64,000 bases of DNA, taken from NCBI RefSeq assembly GCF_001949145.1, contig NW_019091356.1:4136934-4200933 (forward strand). Reading direction: 5' to 3'. Positions within the stretch are counted from its first letter, which is position 1. The number at the start of each line of letters is the position of its first letter. The notes below the pieces were generated by a model. The model was not told the origin of the DNA and ran no database searches. It worked only from the letters and a program-made list of their open reading frames with translations. A program made the translations under genes and the position numbers. The stretch is from Acanthaster planci (taxonomy: Eukaryota). Below are positions 15,175 to 27,768 of this stretch, piece after piece.

Positions 15175-18100
15175 TTAACTGCGGATGAAGGTCTTTCCAC
15201 TGTGGAATACAAGAGAGGAAAAACATAAGTGCAAAATGACGACAGTCGCTGACAATTTATCAGAGTTCTTTAATCTAAAATGCACTTGAGGGCAAAGAGG
15301 GGTATCAGAAAATACATCTTCTATTGATGCAAGGATAAGACATACGCAATGGATTCAGAATTTATTTTGTGACGATGAAGCTGGTAGAGAACTGTTCTTG
15401 CAAATGTTCAGGAATGAAAACTAAATCCCGTCTTTTCTTGGCTGTTTCAGCGTGGTCATGTGATTTCCCCCTGACCCAATGAGAATGCTCATTTGTGACA
15501 TCATAGTAGTACAATGTCTACCTTATTGTTTTCTTCTCCTTGTTGGAGTTCTCAGGCCGGGCCCTGTTGAGGACTTTCAGGAATTCTGCAGTGCGTGCTC
15601 GCATGCGAGTGTGGATGTAGGCCTGTTAGGAACAAGCACATTGGAAATTTGAGCATCGCAGCTTAACACACTGTCACATGGTGGACAATATTCGTCTAAC
15701 ATCTGCTATCATTTATATGCAAGCCATTGGGGGCGCTCTTTGCCAGATGTTACCTTGGAGCACTTGATGTGGTAGTGCAGGTAATCCCGGAAGAGATGGA
15801 TCAGATTGATGGTGTTGTCACGGGCCTTACGGTTAGTGTGACGGGGCTCCAAGACTGAGGAAAAGCAAAACAAATGGTTGATTTCATCACTTCAGTAGAC
15901 CGTTGGAAACAAACACAAACAGCTATGGAGCGCCCTCGTCCGTTATGCATGGAACTAATAACTCATCGCTCATTTCTGCACCCCAAGGAGGAAATCAGAG
16001 GTGAAAGTATTCCATCCATCTAAGAAAGCAAAGGTCCTCGGGGTTCTCTCTTCCTAAATCGTCTTTTGAAACTCTTTTCTTGAGAATTACGGCGGAACCA
16101 TTCACACAATAGTTTTTTGGGTGGTTTTTTTTTTATTCTGTCCAATTTCTTTCTCTATATGACCCTCAGGACTTACCAAACGTAATGTATCCGATATTGT
16201 CTCCTGTTGCCGCATCAGTGCCCTGCAGCTCCATAGGAGGTTCCTTGTGGCTGAAGAGGACCTGAGGGGCAGTCTGGCTCGCCCTTCGCCCCTCCTTGAA
16301 CTCCTGCAAGACAACAGACAAGGGTGGCTTATCAATGACCATGATCAGATTCGGCAATGGAAATCACTTTATCCGCCCGGAGTTTAAGTGCACCCTCACT
16401 GGCCAAAGAAAGACAGACTGGTACGAAGTTTTCCAACTGGGTTCTTGCAGGTGTTCAGTGTGCACGCAAAGACCACCCATTATCAGAATAAATCTGTTGT
16501 ACGTACTTAGCATGCCCACCATCCAATGCACATAACCTTGTGAGCCTATATGGTGAGTTTGTACCAAAGGTCTGTCAATTTCGTTTAAAACCTCACCCTC
16601 TTTTGTTTCCGGTCGGAGCGGATAATCTGAGGGAATTCCAAAAATCCAGGAGAAAATTCTTCTGTTTTTACCAGACACTGTAGGATCCATATTGGTCACA
16701 TAATATTCAAGAACATAGACAGCAAAGATAGGACCAGATCATTTCGTTGGTAGAGCACTGGAATGGTCTAATTTACAGCTCACAGATTCTAGTCTTATTT
16801 CACTCAACGTGTTTTGTTTACAAAAAGTTGACGAAAAGTGTGCTAGACATAATACATTTGATAGTGGAGACTTTCACTGACATTACAAGGCACCAGCCAA
16901 CCTGCATAAAGACTTTGCCAAAGATGACGTCATCGTCATCCTTGAACACAGTGCTAAAGACCACCGTGACACGATCCTTCTCAGCTGAAACGTACCTGGG
17001 GGATTAAAAAAAAAGAAGGAAAATCAAGTTGTAAGATGAGATGAATTACTTCAGGAAGCCATCTGTGCATCACTCAGCACAAATACAGATACTTTGAAAA
17101 GAACTGTCACGCAGTTGTTAATTTTACTCAATGGTTCTGCAGATTTCTGGAAAAAAATCAAAGTATGCTTTCGAAGTAGAAAGGATAAAGAAGACAAGGA
17201 AGGTGACCCACATAGTCTCGTCTTCACGGTAATGGATGACCGCCCGCTCTTGGCCTGTCTCCTCACGTTCCTGGAAGTCAAAGTACTTCTCAAAGACTGA
17301 GGCGAAGCAGTTGCGTTTGAGTAGAGCTCCCTTGGCAGCCTCTCCCGCAATGTCATTGGGAAGGTTCTCAAGATCATACAGGATGGAGACGTTGTAGCCT
17401 TCCTCAGTTTCAATGATGAGAGAGCCGTATTCTCGCTTCAGTAACTAGACAATTTGACACGTGGACAACTTGTTAGTTTGACTACAGCGAGTGAGATTTG
17501 GCAATATCACATTCATACAAAGATAAATGCATGCAAGGATTCAATGCTGACACGGTGGGAGGAGGGGAGGGGGTTGGAAGTAGCTTACCTCATCTGCTCC
17601 GTGTTTTTGGAGATCCTTGTAGAATTTGAGCGAAATGCTAACCCTCACTTTGGTCTTCTGTCCATCAGGGTTGGAAATGTGGTATGTTACACCATCGTAA
17701 TCTGTAAGAAAGATACAACAGCTTTTGGTAATCACTGTGCATTTCAACTTGAAAACGAACTTCCTTGTCAAATATGCAACCAAAAAAAAAAAAAATCAAA
17801 CACTGTTTGGCAACAGGGATGGATCTGATAATTAGCCAAGTCCAACTAGGCCTACCATGCCTATCATGACTAAGTTCTAACATATCTAATGGGTTTCTTC
17901 CTCCAGGAGACGCACCAACGTCCAATATTTGAAGACTCAGGCACAGTAAAATGAGAAGCAGTTTTGGAGGTGGGAGGAAAAACCCAAGGAATATTCTGGG
18001 TAAAACCCACCGAATCAGGCAGGGACTGAAAACCCAATCCACATGTGGACTGGGCCGTGAATCACGTAGGGATGTACACGGGGTGGAAGGTGAGGAAAGA

Positions 18101-18422
18101 ACCACTAGGTCTACGCCAACCTGATTCCCCGAGGTCGGATGTCTGACATGTTTATAAGCTGAACCAATGTGGCAAAGAGTTTTCTCATACCTGCAATAAC
18201 AATGTCTGTACTGTCGACTTTGTTCCTGTAAAAAAGGAAAGAAAATACAATTCCTTTTATTTCAATCTTCAATTTTATACAAATTATTTTAACGATGAAA
18301 ATTATTTTTATCACGAATTTGGTGCAGCTACCCCAGCGGAATACTTGCCCCGCCTTTGCCGCCTCAAATTTCGCTAATAATGTCTCCTCCAGTATTTTAT
18401 TCTTGATTTCCAGTAGAATCAT
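15175..18422 (-). CDS. ARPC2: Actin-related protein 2/3 complex subunit 2, 300 aa
   Basis: Exons 18422-18349, 18225-18191, 17701-17589, 17444-17212, 16995-16902, 16303-16177, 15854-15754, 15622-15522, 15199-15175; 903 nt. [109 protein letters not shown]. Confidence 0.98.
17890..18130 (-). mobile_element. Degenerate SINE (V/Meta-domain-like) in ARPC2 intron 2
   Basis: TTTGGAGGTGGGAGGAAAAACCCAAGGAATATTCTGGGTAAAACCCAC resembles the reverse complement of the GTGGGTTTCCTCCGGG...GGTTTCCTCCCAC central SINE motif; boundaries approximate. Confidence 0.5.
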
Positions 18423-18529
18423 CTTCGGTTCTTTTTCAAGGTCTAATCGACTCGGTGAATCTGGAAAATTTTTCACTTTTTTTCCGGCTTCAGTCTCAGA
18501 TTATCCAAACCAGATCCACTCCCCACAAC

Positions 18530-19700
18530 ACGACCACCGGAAGAGGAAATGATTTGACATGGACAAAAGGAACCGTATGGGGGCGCAACGTATTATTAGC
18601 GGTCTCGCGACGTCGGACATAAAACAGTAGCCGACTTTTAAGGGGCCGGGACACAATCGTTCTGCTGTCTATCTCCGTTACATCAGGAACAAATATTTAC
18701 TGTAGAAATCTATTTGGAAGACAGTTTGACCATGCCCCTCCTTCCTCCATGGTTTGACTACTCTGTTAGCACAATTCCGTATAGACCTAGTGTCAAAAAA
18801 AAAAAAAAATCAATAATGCCAAGCGTTACAATACAAGCCCCGCCCCAATTTTGAACGATCCATGCCCGGGCCTGGCCGTGACATACTTAAGTGCTACATT
18901 AACGTATACTGAACATGATAATAAATGAAGCTTATGCCACTGATCAAAGGTCATTCGATAAGTTATTAAAAAATAACCAAAGAACTGAATTCGAGTAGCT
19001 CCTACAGGTACTTGACAATCGATCAAGTGGCTTGTTAGTACAAAGGGGGCGTTTCCACGATGGTTATCATAAATAATGAGTAAATATATAGCTGGTGTTT
19101 TGAAATGAAGAATACACCAAAACTTTCCCTCTAAATTAACAAGGACTTTTAATTGCCTTGAACAGAAATCATCCATGCACACCGAGTACAGCCGCTAAGG
19201 CAATATGATGATGAAATTTCCGCTTTGTAACTTCGTCATGACAGTTCCCAACTTGAAAATCATGATGGCTGTACTGCGATTGTTGTACCGCCAATTTCCA
19301 CATTTCCTTTGAATACAGGCTAACCGTGTGCCTCGTTGCCAGTGCTTTGTACAGAAGTAAAATTAAAAGCTATATTCAGCATAGTACCAACAACGAACAC
19401 TCAATTCTGTCAGGGAGTTCAGTGTTGAGCACAATTCCATATCTTCCCCGTACTTCCCTGCAGTGGTGACGCAAAGTATACGCCCCCTGATTTTTTTTTT
19501 GCGGATCATTCGTGCCGTGGCTGCCAGTGCGCGGAGCGACCTTCGCCCCCTCTCGACCTGCAGATACTTTGCTTGTTACCAGTATATCCCGTGTGTTTAC
19601 GATAGTGAACAGAGTCAGAAACAGGGTTTCTGCTCGAGTCAACCCGGACGTGGTTTAGTCGATGAAGAAACCCCGAGTAATAACGGGTTTTGCAGTTTAA
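18530..19700. promoter_or_regulatory. Head-to-head promoter region between ARPC2 and SH3BP5-like
   Basis: Start codons at 18422 (-) and 19973 (+) diverge; CpG-rich patches near 18530-18660 and 19440-19700, including palindrome TCTCGCGAC/GA-like at 18603. Confidence 0.5.
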
Positions 19701-19972
19701 GGAGCTGTAGGCCTGATTCATCTTATTCTTAGCTGAGCCTGCAAGATTCCAAAGTATCGCTGCACCTAAAACTGTTCAGGAGTGAAGTTTGTCGTCCGAA
19801 GTCAGGACACTCAACTATCATGTGCACAGGAAGTTTTCAGCTTAACTTCACACCGAATTCACCAGTCGAGCAAGCGGCGAGCAAGTCAATTTGAAGAGAT
19901 TACTGTGAACTTTAGGCGTTTATGTAATAAAAAGCCGGCTCATTCTATACTTCACGTACGTTGAACGGAACG

Positions 19973-22900
19973 ATGGAGGAACCAGACCAAGGAGGTACCA
20001 GACTAGATCCTCGAATCAAGGTGAGTTTCAGTCATCACTGGATAATATTACAATAATATTCAGAGAGGTTTTTCTCCAACGAAATGGCTTGATAAAGCAT
20101 GGTTCGTCCTTGTTTTAATGGGTTGAGGACCGTTGTGTTCACAGTTCATGTGAAGTGCCTGATGAACAGCCAATCGAAGTTGGGGGAGGGGGCTGTCGTG
20201 TTGCCCCACCCCCGATGCTAAGAGTCATTATGTGTTCACTTCAGAAAACATAGGCCTATCATTTTCTTTGTGAAGACATAATGGATTCATACATGTAGAA
20301 TCGGGTTTTCATTCACGGTAGTTACTTATGCACAACTTGAAAAATTACTGCGTATGAAACTGATATCCATTTCATCATTTCAATGTTAAGATAATGTTTA
20401 GAGTGTAAGTAGGCCTACTATTTATAGACCCGGCCTATAGGCAGTGCGTCAGTTCAAAGGGCCCGTTCACTTAGATTTCTGGCATTTCGCTGTCGAGGGG
20501 AAAACTAAATTCACCGGCACCTTTGAACTTGAAAGAACAATCAGTCGTAAATCCTTACTGTGACACGCTGTGCGGCTTTGAATTATACGCAACACTGATA
20601 TAATATCCTAGTACGAGTACGAAGTAAGACTGACAATTTCATTGTTTTGCAAGCATTTAACACCCATGACAAGTGGCATCGGCTATATAATTAATCTGAA
20701 ACTTCGTCATATCCTGTCTCTTACTGTAGTGGAAAGACTCTTACGGAAATAGCCTGGGAAGTACCTCTGTAGTACGTACCACAACACGACCAGGCTATAT
20801 CTCTGTTATTATTTTCCCCGAAACAATAGCTGCTAATTTTATTCGGCAGCACTGCTGAAATGTATAGTTTCGGCAGCACTGCTGAAATGTATAGTTTTGG
20901 CAGCACTGCTGAAATGTATAGTTTTGGCAGCACTGCTGAAATGTATAGTTTTAACCTAACCCACACGTCAAACAAACAAAAACGACTCAGATCTCTGGAA
21001 ACTTATTCCAACTTGTTTGCAACCGTCCGAAATTCCAAACTGTATGCCACGTTACAGACTGCTACTTCTAAACTAATTGTTAACAAGTTCTTCCTTCCCC
21101 CCAAATATATTTTTTTGGTGAAGAATGTGCAACTCATTGTTCCCTTTGAAAATAATGGAACTTTATAAAGCATAGTTTTCACAAATCACAGTTTTCTCAC
21201 TTTTGAACTCGATATGTTATGCTGTGTTACTTCTGTCAATGCATTGGTACACACAACTCACGAGACCATTGACAGAGTAATGTGAAAATAATCTAGACGG
21301 TAATTTCCGATGCCATTCGGTGGTGTTTAGTTTCTGACAAGGTCAAAGTTACTACAGCCCAAGTAAAATATCCTGCATGCTTCACGGTGTGATATATGAT
21401 TGTGCCTGTGATGACTTTAGCACCGAAAACAATTAGCCAGATCGGTATTCGAATAGCGCCTGCCCAAATGAAGTGCGTCCAAGGTCATTCGGACGTGCGA
21501 GGTCTGCCCCATCAGCAAAGCCCTGCACAAGCCACTCGCGCGCATGCCTTGTTCCCGAATGACCTTGCTTTTGAAATACCAAAATTGGCTTACTGCCCTT
21601 TGCACGCCCAGCGCTCGTGCAAGCAAAGGAAATTGGGCAAATCGTGAACACTTGTATGTAGATAAATCTGAAGAGACGCCATTCCTTCTGGGTGCGCCAC
21701 CACACTCACGCACAGGTTTTATTTTGAGCGAATGAGCGCATTTTGACAAGTCATGACCAGATAGAAAGATAATAATAATTAAGCTATTCCTATCGGTCTG
21801 ACAGAAATTTAACGCGCGCGTGCCATCTGTATGTGAACAGGATGCCCCCCAGTAATGGCTTCTAACTCTGGTCGTCAGATTAGTCTATACTTCAGACCAT
21901 TTTTGCATGAGAAAGAATGAACTTCAAATGACAACCGAGTTTGAGAAATTGAAAATGGAAGAAACATGGAGACAAAGATATATCTGATTTGGATGAGGAC
22001 AGCATATTCATTGTAAACTTCATGCATGTGTTTATTTTTACATTTATGAAACCAGGGTGAACTAGACAAGCTGAACAGCACGTCGGAGGAAATCAATCGC
22101 TTGGAGAAAGAACTTGATGTGAGTTGATTGAGAACTTGGTACATCTTTCGTCCAGTATTCTGTCAAACTCTAAATTGGTGTGGTTAAAAAGAAATAGGGA
22201 GGGAAGTGGCCTGGATTTAATAGAACCTAGGTGCAAGTATATTGGTATAATTTGTATCCAATAGAAAGGGTCACTCTACAATTTCAGAAGCTGATATTTT
22301 GATAAGCGCGTTTCCTTCACGAATGCCACAGAATTGGCGATGAACATGGATAATATAACCAAGAAAACATAACAATCAACAATGGAAAGAACTGCAGGAA
22401 CATATCTATCTAATAGCGTAGGAGGGTTTTAAAAGCATCCCCAGTTTGCTCCGAATTACACTTTTGGTAAATCACGACCTGCTACAGACTAACTCGGCAA
22501 CCAGAACGTGCAAGTTCGGTATGGGGAGTGAGTCTATCACTCGATGTTGACGAACGATCGATGTGTTGCCTCCAAGTTTTTGCCTCTTTGGCGTTCCATA
22601 ATTTAAAAAGGAAAGGCCAATCGAGAACAATCTACACGTACGGCCGCGCAGCCTTGGGAAGACGTTATACTCGACTCCATGGACAGCGTGCGCGTTCCTA
22701 CAGGTTGCACTACACCAAATACGCGCCCCTAACAGTGCAAAAATCGGACCGAAATAGCGCCGCCTTCATTTTCGGCATGCACTGCTGGAACTCGAAGCCA
22801 CTGCGGTGACACCACGCCCACGTGCAGCTGGTGCGCACGCGTTACATCCTGTTCGACTAAGAAGATGTTGCAAAAGTGCGCGCCGGTACTCAAGTGTAAT

Positions 22901-25900
22901 GACTCATACTTTTACTCGGATTAATTTACGAGATTCTCCTTTGTGAATCCAGGATGCGAGGCAACAATTTCGCATCACTCTTACTGAGTCCTCCCATAAG
23001 CTGAACGACGCGGCCAAGCGATGCGGCAAGTCAGTCAAGAAAGCCAAGCCATACCACGAGGCTCGACTCAAGGCCAAGAGGGTAATGACGACTTGGTCAC
23101 ATTACACTCGCACTAACAATAAATTTAAAATTACAAAAAACTGCCGAGTTAATTTCAGATGGTGTAGAATCTCTATCGGGTGGATTATGCCTGCTGGTGC
23201 CTGAATGCATGTAGGCATTATGCTGGCAAAAACGCTCCAGGTCTATGAGGCGGATGTCAGAATCGTATTTGCTTTGGGGAAGGTTAATTTGCAAGTAGAC
23301 AGTTGAAGACCAGCTTTCCAAAAAGTTATAACAGTTGCAGCTGGAAAAAGTATGAGGTAACTTTTTGACCAGAAATTCTAAACACTTGTGAAGAGAAGTG
23401 CAAAGTTTGCCTATGAAGGCGTTGTGATTAGCATACGCACATCACACTGTTCGAATCTTTTATTAGCAAGTTTGTATACAGAGTCTTGTAACACTATCAT
23501 GGGAAGCCAGAATTCAAATACTTACCCATTATTTTCTGACACCAAGGCCCACGAGAAGGTGCAAGAGGCAGCGTACGCCTACCAGCGGGCCGTGGGGATG
23601 GTTAGGGCAGCGAAAGAAACCATCACTATTGCGGAGGAAACATCCATGCAAGGCAACAAGAAACGAGAATTTGATTCGGCGCTGCAGGAGATGTTGAACC
23701 ACGCTACGGTCAAGGTGAGCTAGCGCTGGGGTTTGAGAAGAGAGCGAAAATGACTGAATGATGCATAAGGAACGAGACGAACAGACCAGCTTGGTATTCC
23801 AACAGCGCATGCCCAAAATGAAACGCCTCGGAGGTCTGCCCTATCAGCGCAGCCCCGAACACAGATCCAAGGGCGTGCTTTGTTCCCAAGTGACATTGGG
23901 TATTTCTGACATCCTAAACTGGTTAATTGGTCTTGTTACTGCAGTTGAACATGGCTGAACAGGAGAAGGTGGGAGGTCAGAAGGAACACCAGCAATTATC
24001 CAAGGCCTACGTCAAATCTCTAGCTAAGGTTGAACAGCTCGCCAAGAAGTTACGGAAGAGCATCGCCAAATCAGCGTGAGTAGAGCTGGTGATGAAATCA
24101 GCATGTGAGACACGAGGTCTCCCGGGAACAAAAAAAGCAAAAGTACATTGTAAATTCAGAGACTGAATTGATTAATTATTGCCTTGATTGGATTGATTGA
24201 TGGAATTAATTACGAAATGATTTTTTGAGAAAATAGTTTCCAAAATTTCACGCCAATACCGAGAGAAAAATGGAACACGGTCACACAGAACAAAGAGAGG
24301 CTCATCCATTTATGTCTATCCTGATTGATGGTGGATGAAAATTAAATCAAGTAAACTGACGGACAGATACGCACAGCCTAACTGTACATTCTTCATTAAC
24401 GCGCTAGAGGTCTTTAATCTCTCCTGCAGAGCTTACTACGATCTCAGGGATGCCTTCTATTCCCGTCTAGAGAACCTCAAAGAGTCGGTAGAGAATCGCC
24501 AGAAGCTCTTGGCCAAGTGCAAGAAGCGGTATCGCGAGGCTCTCCGAAACCTGGAGAGGATCTCTGAAGACATCCACCACAGCAGGCAGCTGCAGATAGA
24601 GGCATCGCCGTCGCTGCAGGAGAGAAGCGCTGGGGTTGGAGCTGAGAGCGAGACGGAGCCTGGGAGAAACAGTGATGAAGAGGATGACCTATTCACCTCA
24701 ACAGAAGGTGAGGTTAGAATGGTGATAGTGAGGTGATGAGGATGTTGATTGTTGTCGTCATGAAGCTGACGCGGACGCGGGCGTTTAAATTCACTAGAGA
24801 TCTTGATGCTCTATGGGCAAAATTAAGAGTAGCATACATTCATCAACTTTCACAAATTAGCCTATCTAATTTAATTGCAAACAGGCGGCCAAGATGAACA
24901 TGGAGACCAAGAGCAAAATGTTCCAGTGCGTGGAGCCGAAGGAGGTGCTGGCACCTCTCGTCATTCCTCGTCGCATTCCTCCTCACCAGAAGACGGTGAT
25001 CCTCAGTCACCACTCCTTACTGAGCACGGTCTACCGACCCTTAGTCGCAAAATACAGCGAGAGGGATCGGACCCTGACTTCTATAAACCAAAATCAGCCA
25101 TAGCCAAACTGCCTGGAATTCTCCCAGAGGAGCAGGAGGTGATTGAAGCGACCTATCGAGGTTACAGGTCTTTCGATTCCGAATTGACCCAAGAGGAAGT
25201 CACTGCATTGCAGCAGACGTTGCCGTCCCAGGCCAGAGGCTCGGGGACCCCGGTCATCATGATCGACTCTCCCGAGGGGGTGACCGGCGAGCTTGAAGAC
25301 GAAGGCAGTGACGAGGATGAGCTGGAAATCTATGAGCCTGAGGAGATTGAGATGTCTGAGTTTGCCAACGAGGGCAGCATTGGGAGTGACGTCGGCGAAG
25401 GCGAAAACAGCGTGGAGATGAAAGCATTTGAGCAGGAAACTCAATTAAACGGTGAAGTAGACCAGACGTCTTTATCAGAGAGCAGTGAGGGCGACAGGGA
25501 TATGGAAGAAATCTTGTCAAAAGCCAATTTGCTTCAAGACGCAGCCGGCAATTCAGAACTGAGCAAGCCTGAAGTGTCTCTCAGCGACGACAGCCAACTA
25601 GAAGGAGTCGAGGATGGCCGAGAGGGCTCGGTGGAGGCTAGACCACGGAGCATGTCCTTTGGGTTTGAGAAGACATTGTTGGATGAAGACCATTTTGAGA
25701 AGCCAGACCTTCTGCCAAGTCCAATTCAGAAATTCCAGATGTCGGACCTAGACAGGCCGAGTTCGCCAGCGCTATTCCAGTATCGCGCCTTAGAACATAA
25801 ACAAGACGTACGTCAAGCAGACGACAACAGCGCCTTCACATACACGCCCGTTGTTTCCAATGACGACGCAGCAACAACCAATAACAATCAAGACGCCAAA

Positions 25901-25918
25901 AACGATGAAACTGACTGA
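19973..25918 (+). CDS. SH3BP5: SH3 domain-binding protein 5-like (Sab/parcas family Rab11 GEF), 616 aa
   Basis: Exons 19973-20020, 22056-22118, 22953-23081, 23547-23714, 23945-24075, 24430-24707, 24885-25918; 1851 nt in frame. LDPRIKGELDKLNSTSEEINRLEKELDDARQQFR, AKPYHEAR, RAAKETITIAE, FDSALQEMLNHATVK, YREALRNLERISEDIH match the SH3BP5 coiled-coil domain; long acidic C-terminal exon. Confidence 0.93.
20842..20949. repeat. 27-bp minisatellite x4
   Basis: TTYGGCAGCACTGCTGAAATGTATAGT repeated four times with no spacers, in SH3BP5 intron 1. Confidence 0.95.
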
Positions 25919-27768
25919 CCAATCAATGAAGAGATGCGACAGCGTGAAATCGTCCTATCCATAATTGTCGTGTTGATTTTGTCGCTTGTCTTCGTGAGTT
26001 TGCAAATCGTATTGACAGAGAGGCTCCGTTAAATCCATAGCAACTAATGACAACCAGTATTTCAAGAAGAAAAATAACTATATAAAAAGTTTGACAAAGC
26101 CGTAGAGAGGTGCAACACAATACAACATTCGCAAGCCAGAGGCCCTTGTACAACTTGAGGATTTATCTTTTTCGCTATACATGTAAGAACTACACAGTAT
26201 TCATTATGGTATACATGTACATAATTTACTTTTGAAATAACGGTACATGAAAATGTAATTCAGTCTGTCAGATGACACCAAATCAACATCATCCCTTCTA
26301 ACATGGCAAGACAAATATCGATGGTTTCAGTATTACTTTTGATTATAAAAAAATTACAAAAAATAAATCATTCGTGCACAGCAATGTATTAAAGAGCCCC
26401 CAAATAAGGGGACCTACCAACTCTTTGATCACTCTCTTACGGTTATTGGGGGGGGGAGAGAATATCTTCAACTGTTAGTCAGTACAAAGTTATCATTTAA
26501 AACGGGAACTGGGAACCATCTATAGTAGCTTTGGGTCCATTAACCACTGAGGTAGATGGAACATGATGTACCGTGTATTTTCAAGAACGCTACAATATAT
26601 ACGTCATCATTCCTGATAGCATTACAATCCAAGTCGACAAAATGACGACTAGGGATGCGAGTCATGGGTTGAGATAATAACAGGGCACACTTCCTAGATG
26701 CACCACCAACTCTAAAGTGGTCCGGCTGCAATCAATTTAAATATGTCAGAGGTTGGAAATTAATGAAAGCAAATTCAACAAGTCCAATCCCAGCAAAATG
26801 TATGGTGACTGCTCTTTGAAGTGATCAAAGAATTCAAACGTTTCCATTAATGTGCCCCAGGCTGCCATTAGAACAGATGGTCAACATTCTCACTAATGGA
26901 TGTGAAAGGTATCTTCATCATTTCTACAGAGCACAGAACACAAATGCCATTCCGATCCTACAAGCAACACCTGGTTTTCATTTTATAGTTTATCTCGAAA
27001 CGAATCAAGGTGGACATGGCTTGTCGAAATGAGCTTAAAAATATCTGATACAAAGTGCAAACTACAGTACCGTCTATTATTATGTAAAACATAGTCCTTA
27101 TTTATATGTCACATCAGAATAACTTCATTATTTCAGAAGTACATGTTTATTATTGTTAAAATACGTTTTGCTAATAATACCTATAATTAAAAGTAAACAT
27201 TTCATGAAGCATGAAAACTTTGCAGTTGACACGAAAGCTCTATCATAATCGTTTTGAATACCAAATGTGGCTACGCCGACCTCGGCATACCGCTGCTAAA
27301 AATCACAGATTAAAAATCTGATTTTAGTAACTACCGGGGTGTAATTTTAGAGGCATGGATCCAAGGGCTGAGGACTTGAGTTTGAGGGAGGTGCGGTGGG
27401 GGGGGGATATATACATTTAATGTAATCCCAAAATTTTTCTTATCTGTTCAGAGGTATCAACCATTTAGTGCAAACGAGGATGACACTCGCCACAAAAAAG
27501 CTCTTTAAAACGTGTTATGTGATAAGCATTACTAGAAATAAATCGCTGGTGTGCTACACCTCTGAGGTTTAAAGTCGAGAAACTTTTGTGAGTTGCCTGA
27601 CTACATGTTCATTGTACATATATGATACGTCTGTTATTCAGTGACAGCAAGAGGTGTGTTTTAAATCAGCCTCCTCTGATAAATGTTAACAAGAGTTTCG
27701 GCGTCATGAGTTTGTGAACAAGCTTGTACCTCCATACAAGAATGTAGGCATATTGCTCTAGCCGGTAA

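Noticed and set aside
20842..20949. CRISPR-like repeat array
   Set aside because: Units are contiguous with no unique spacers, and the DNA is eukaryotic and intronic.
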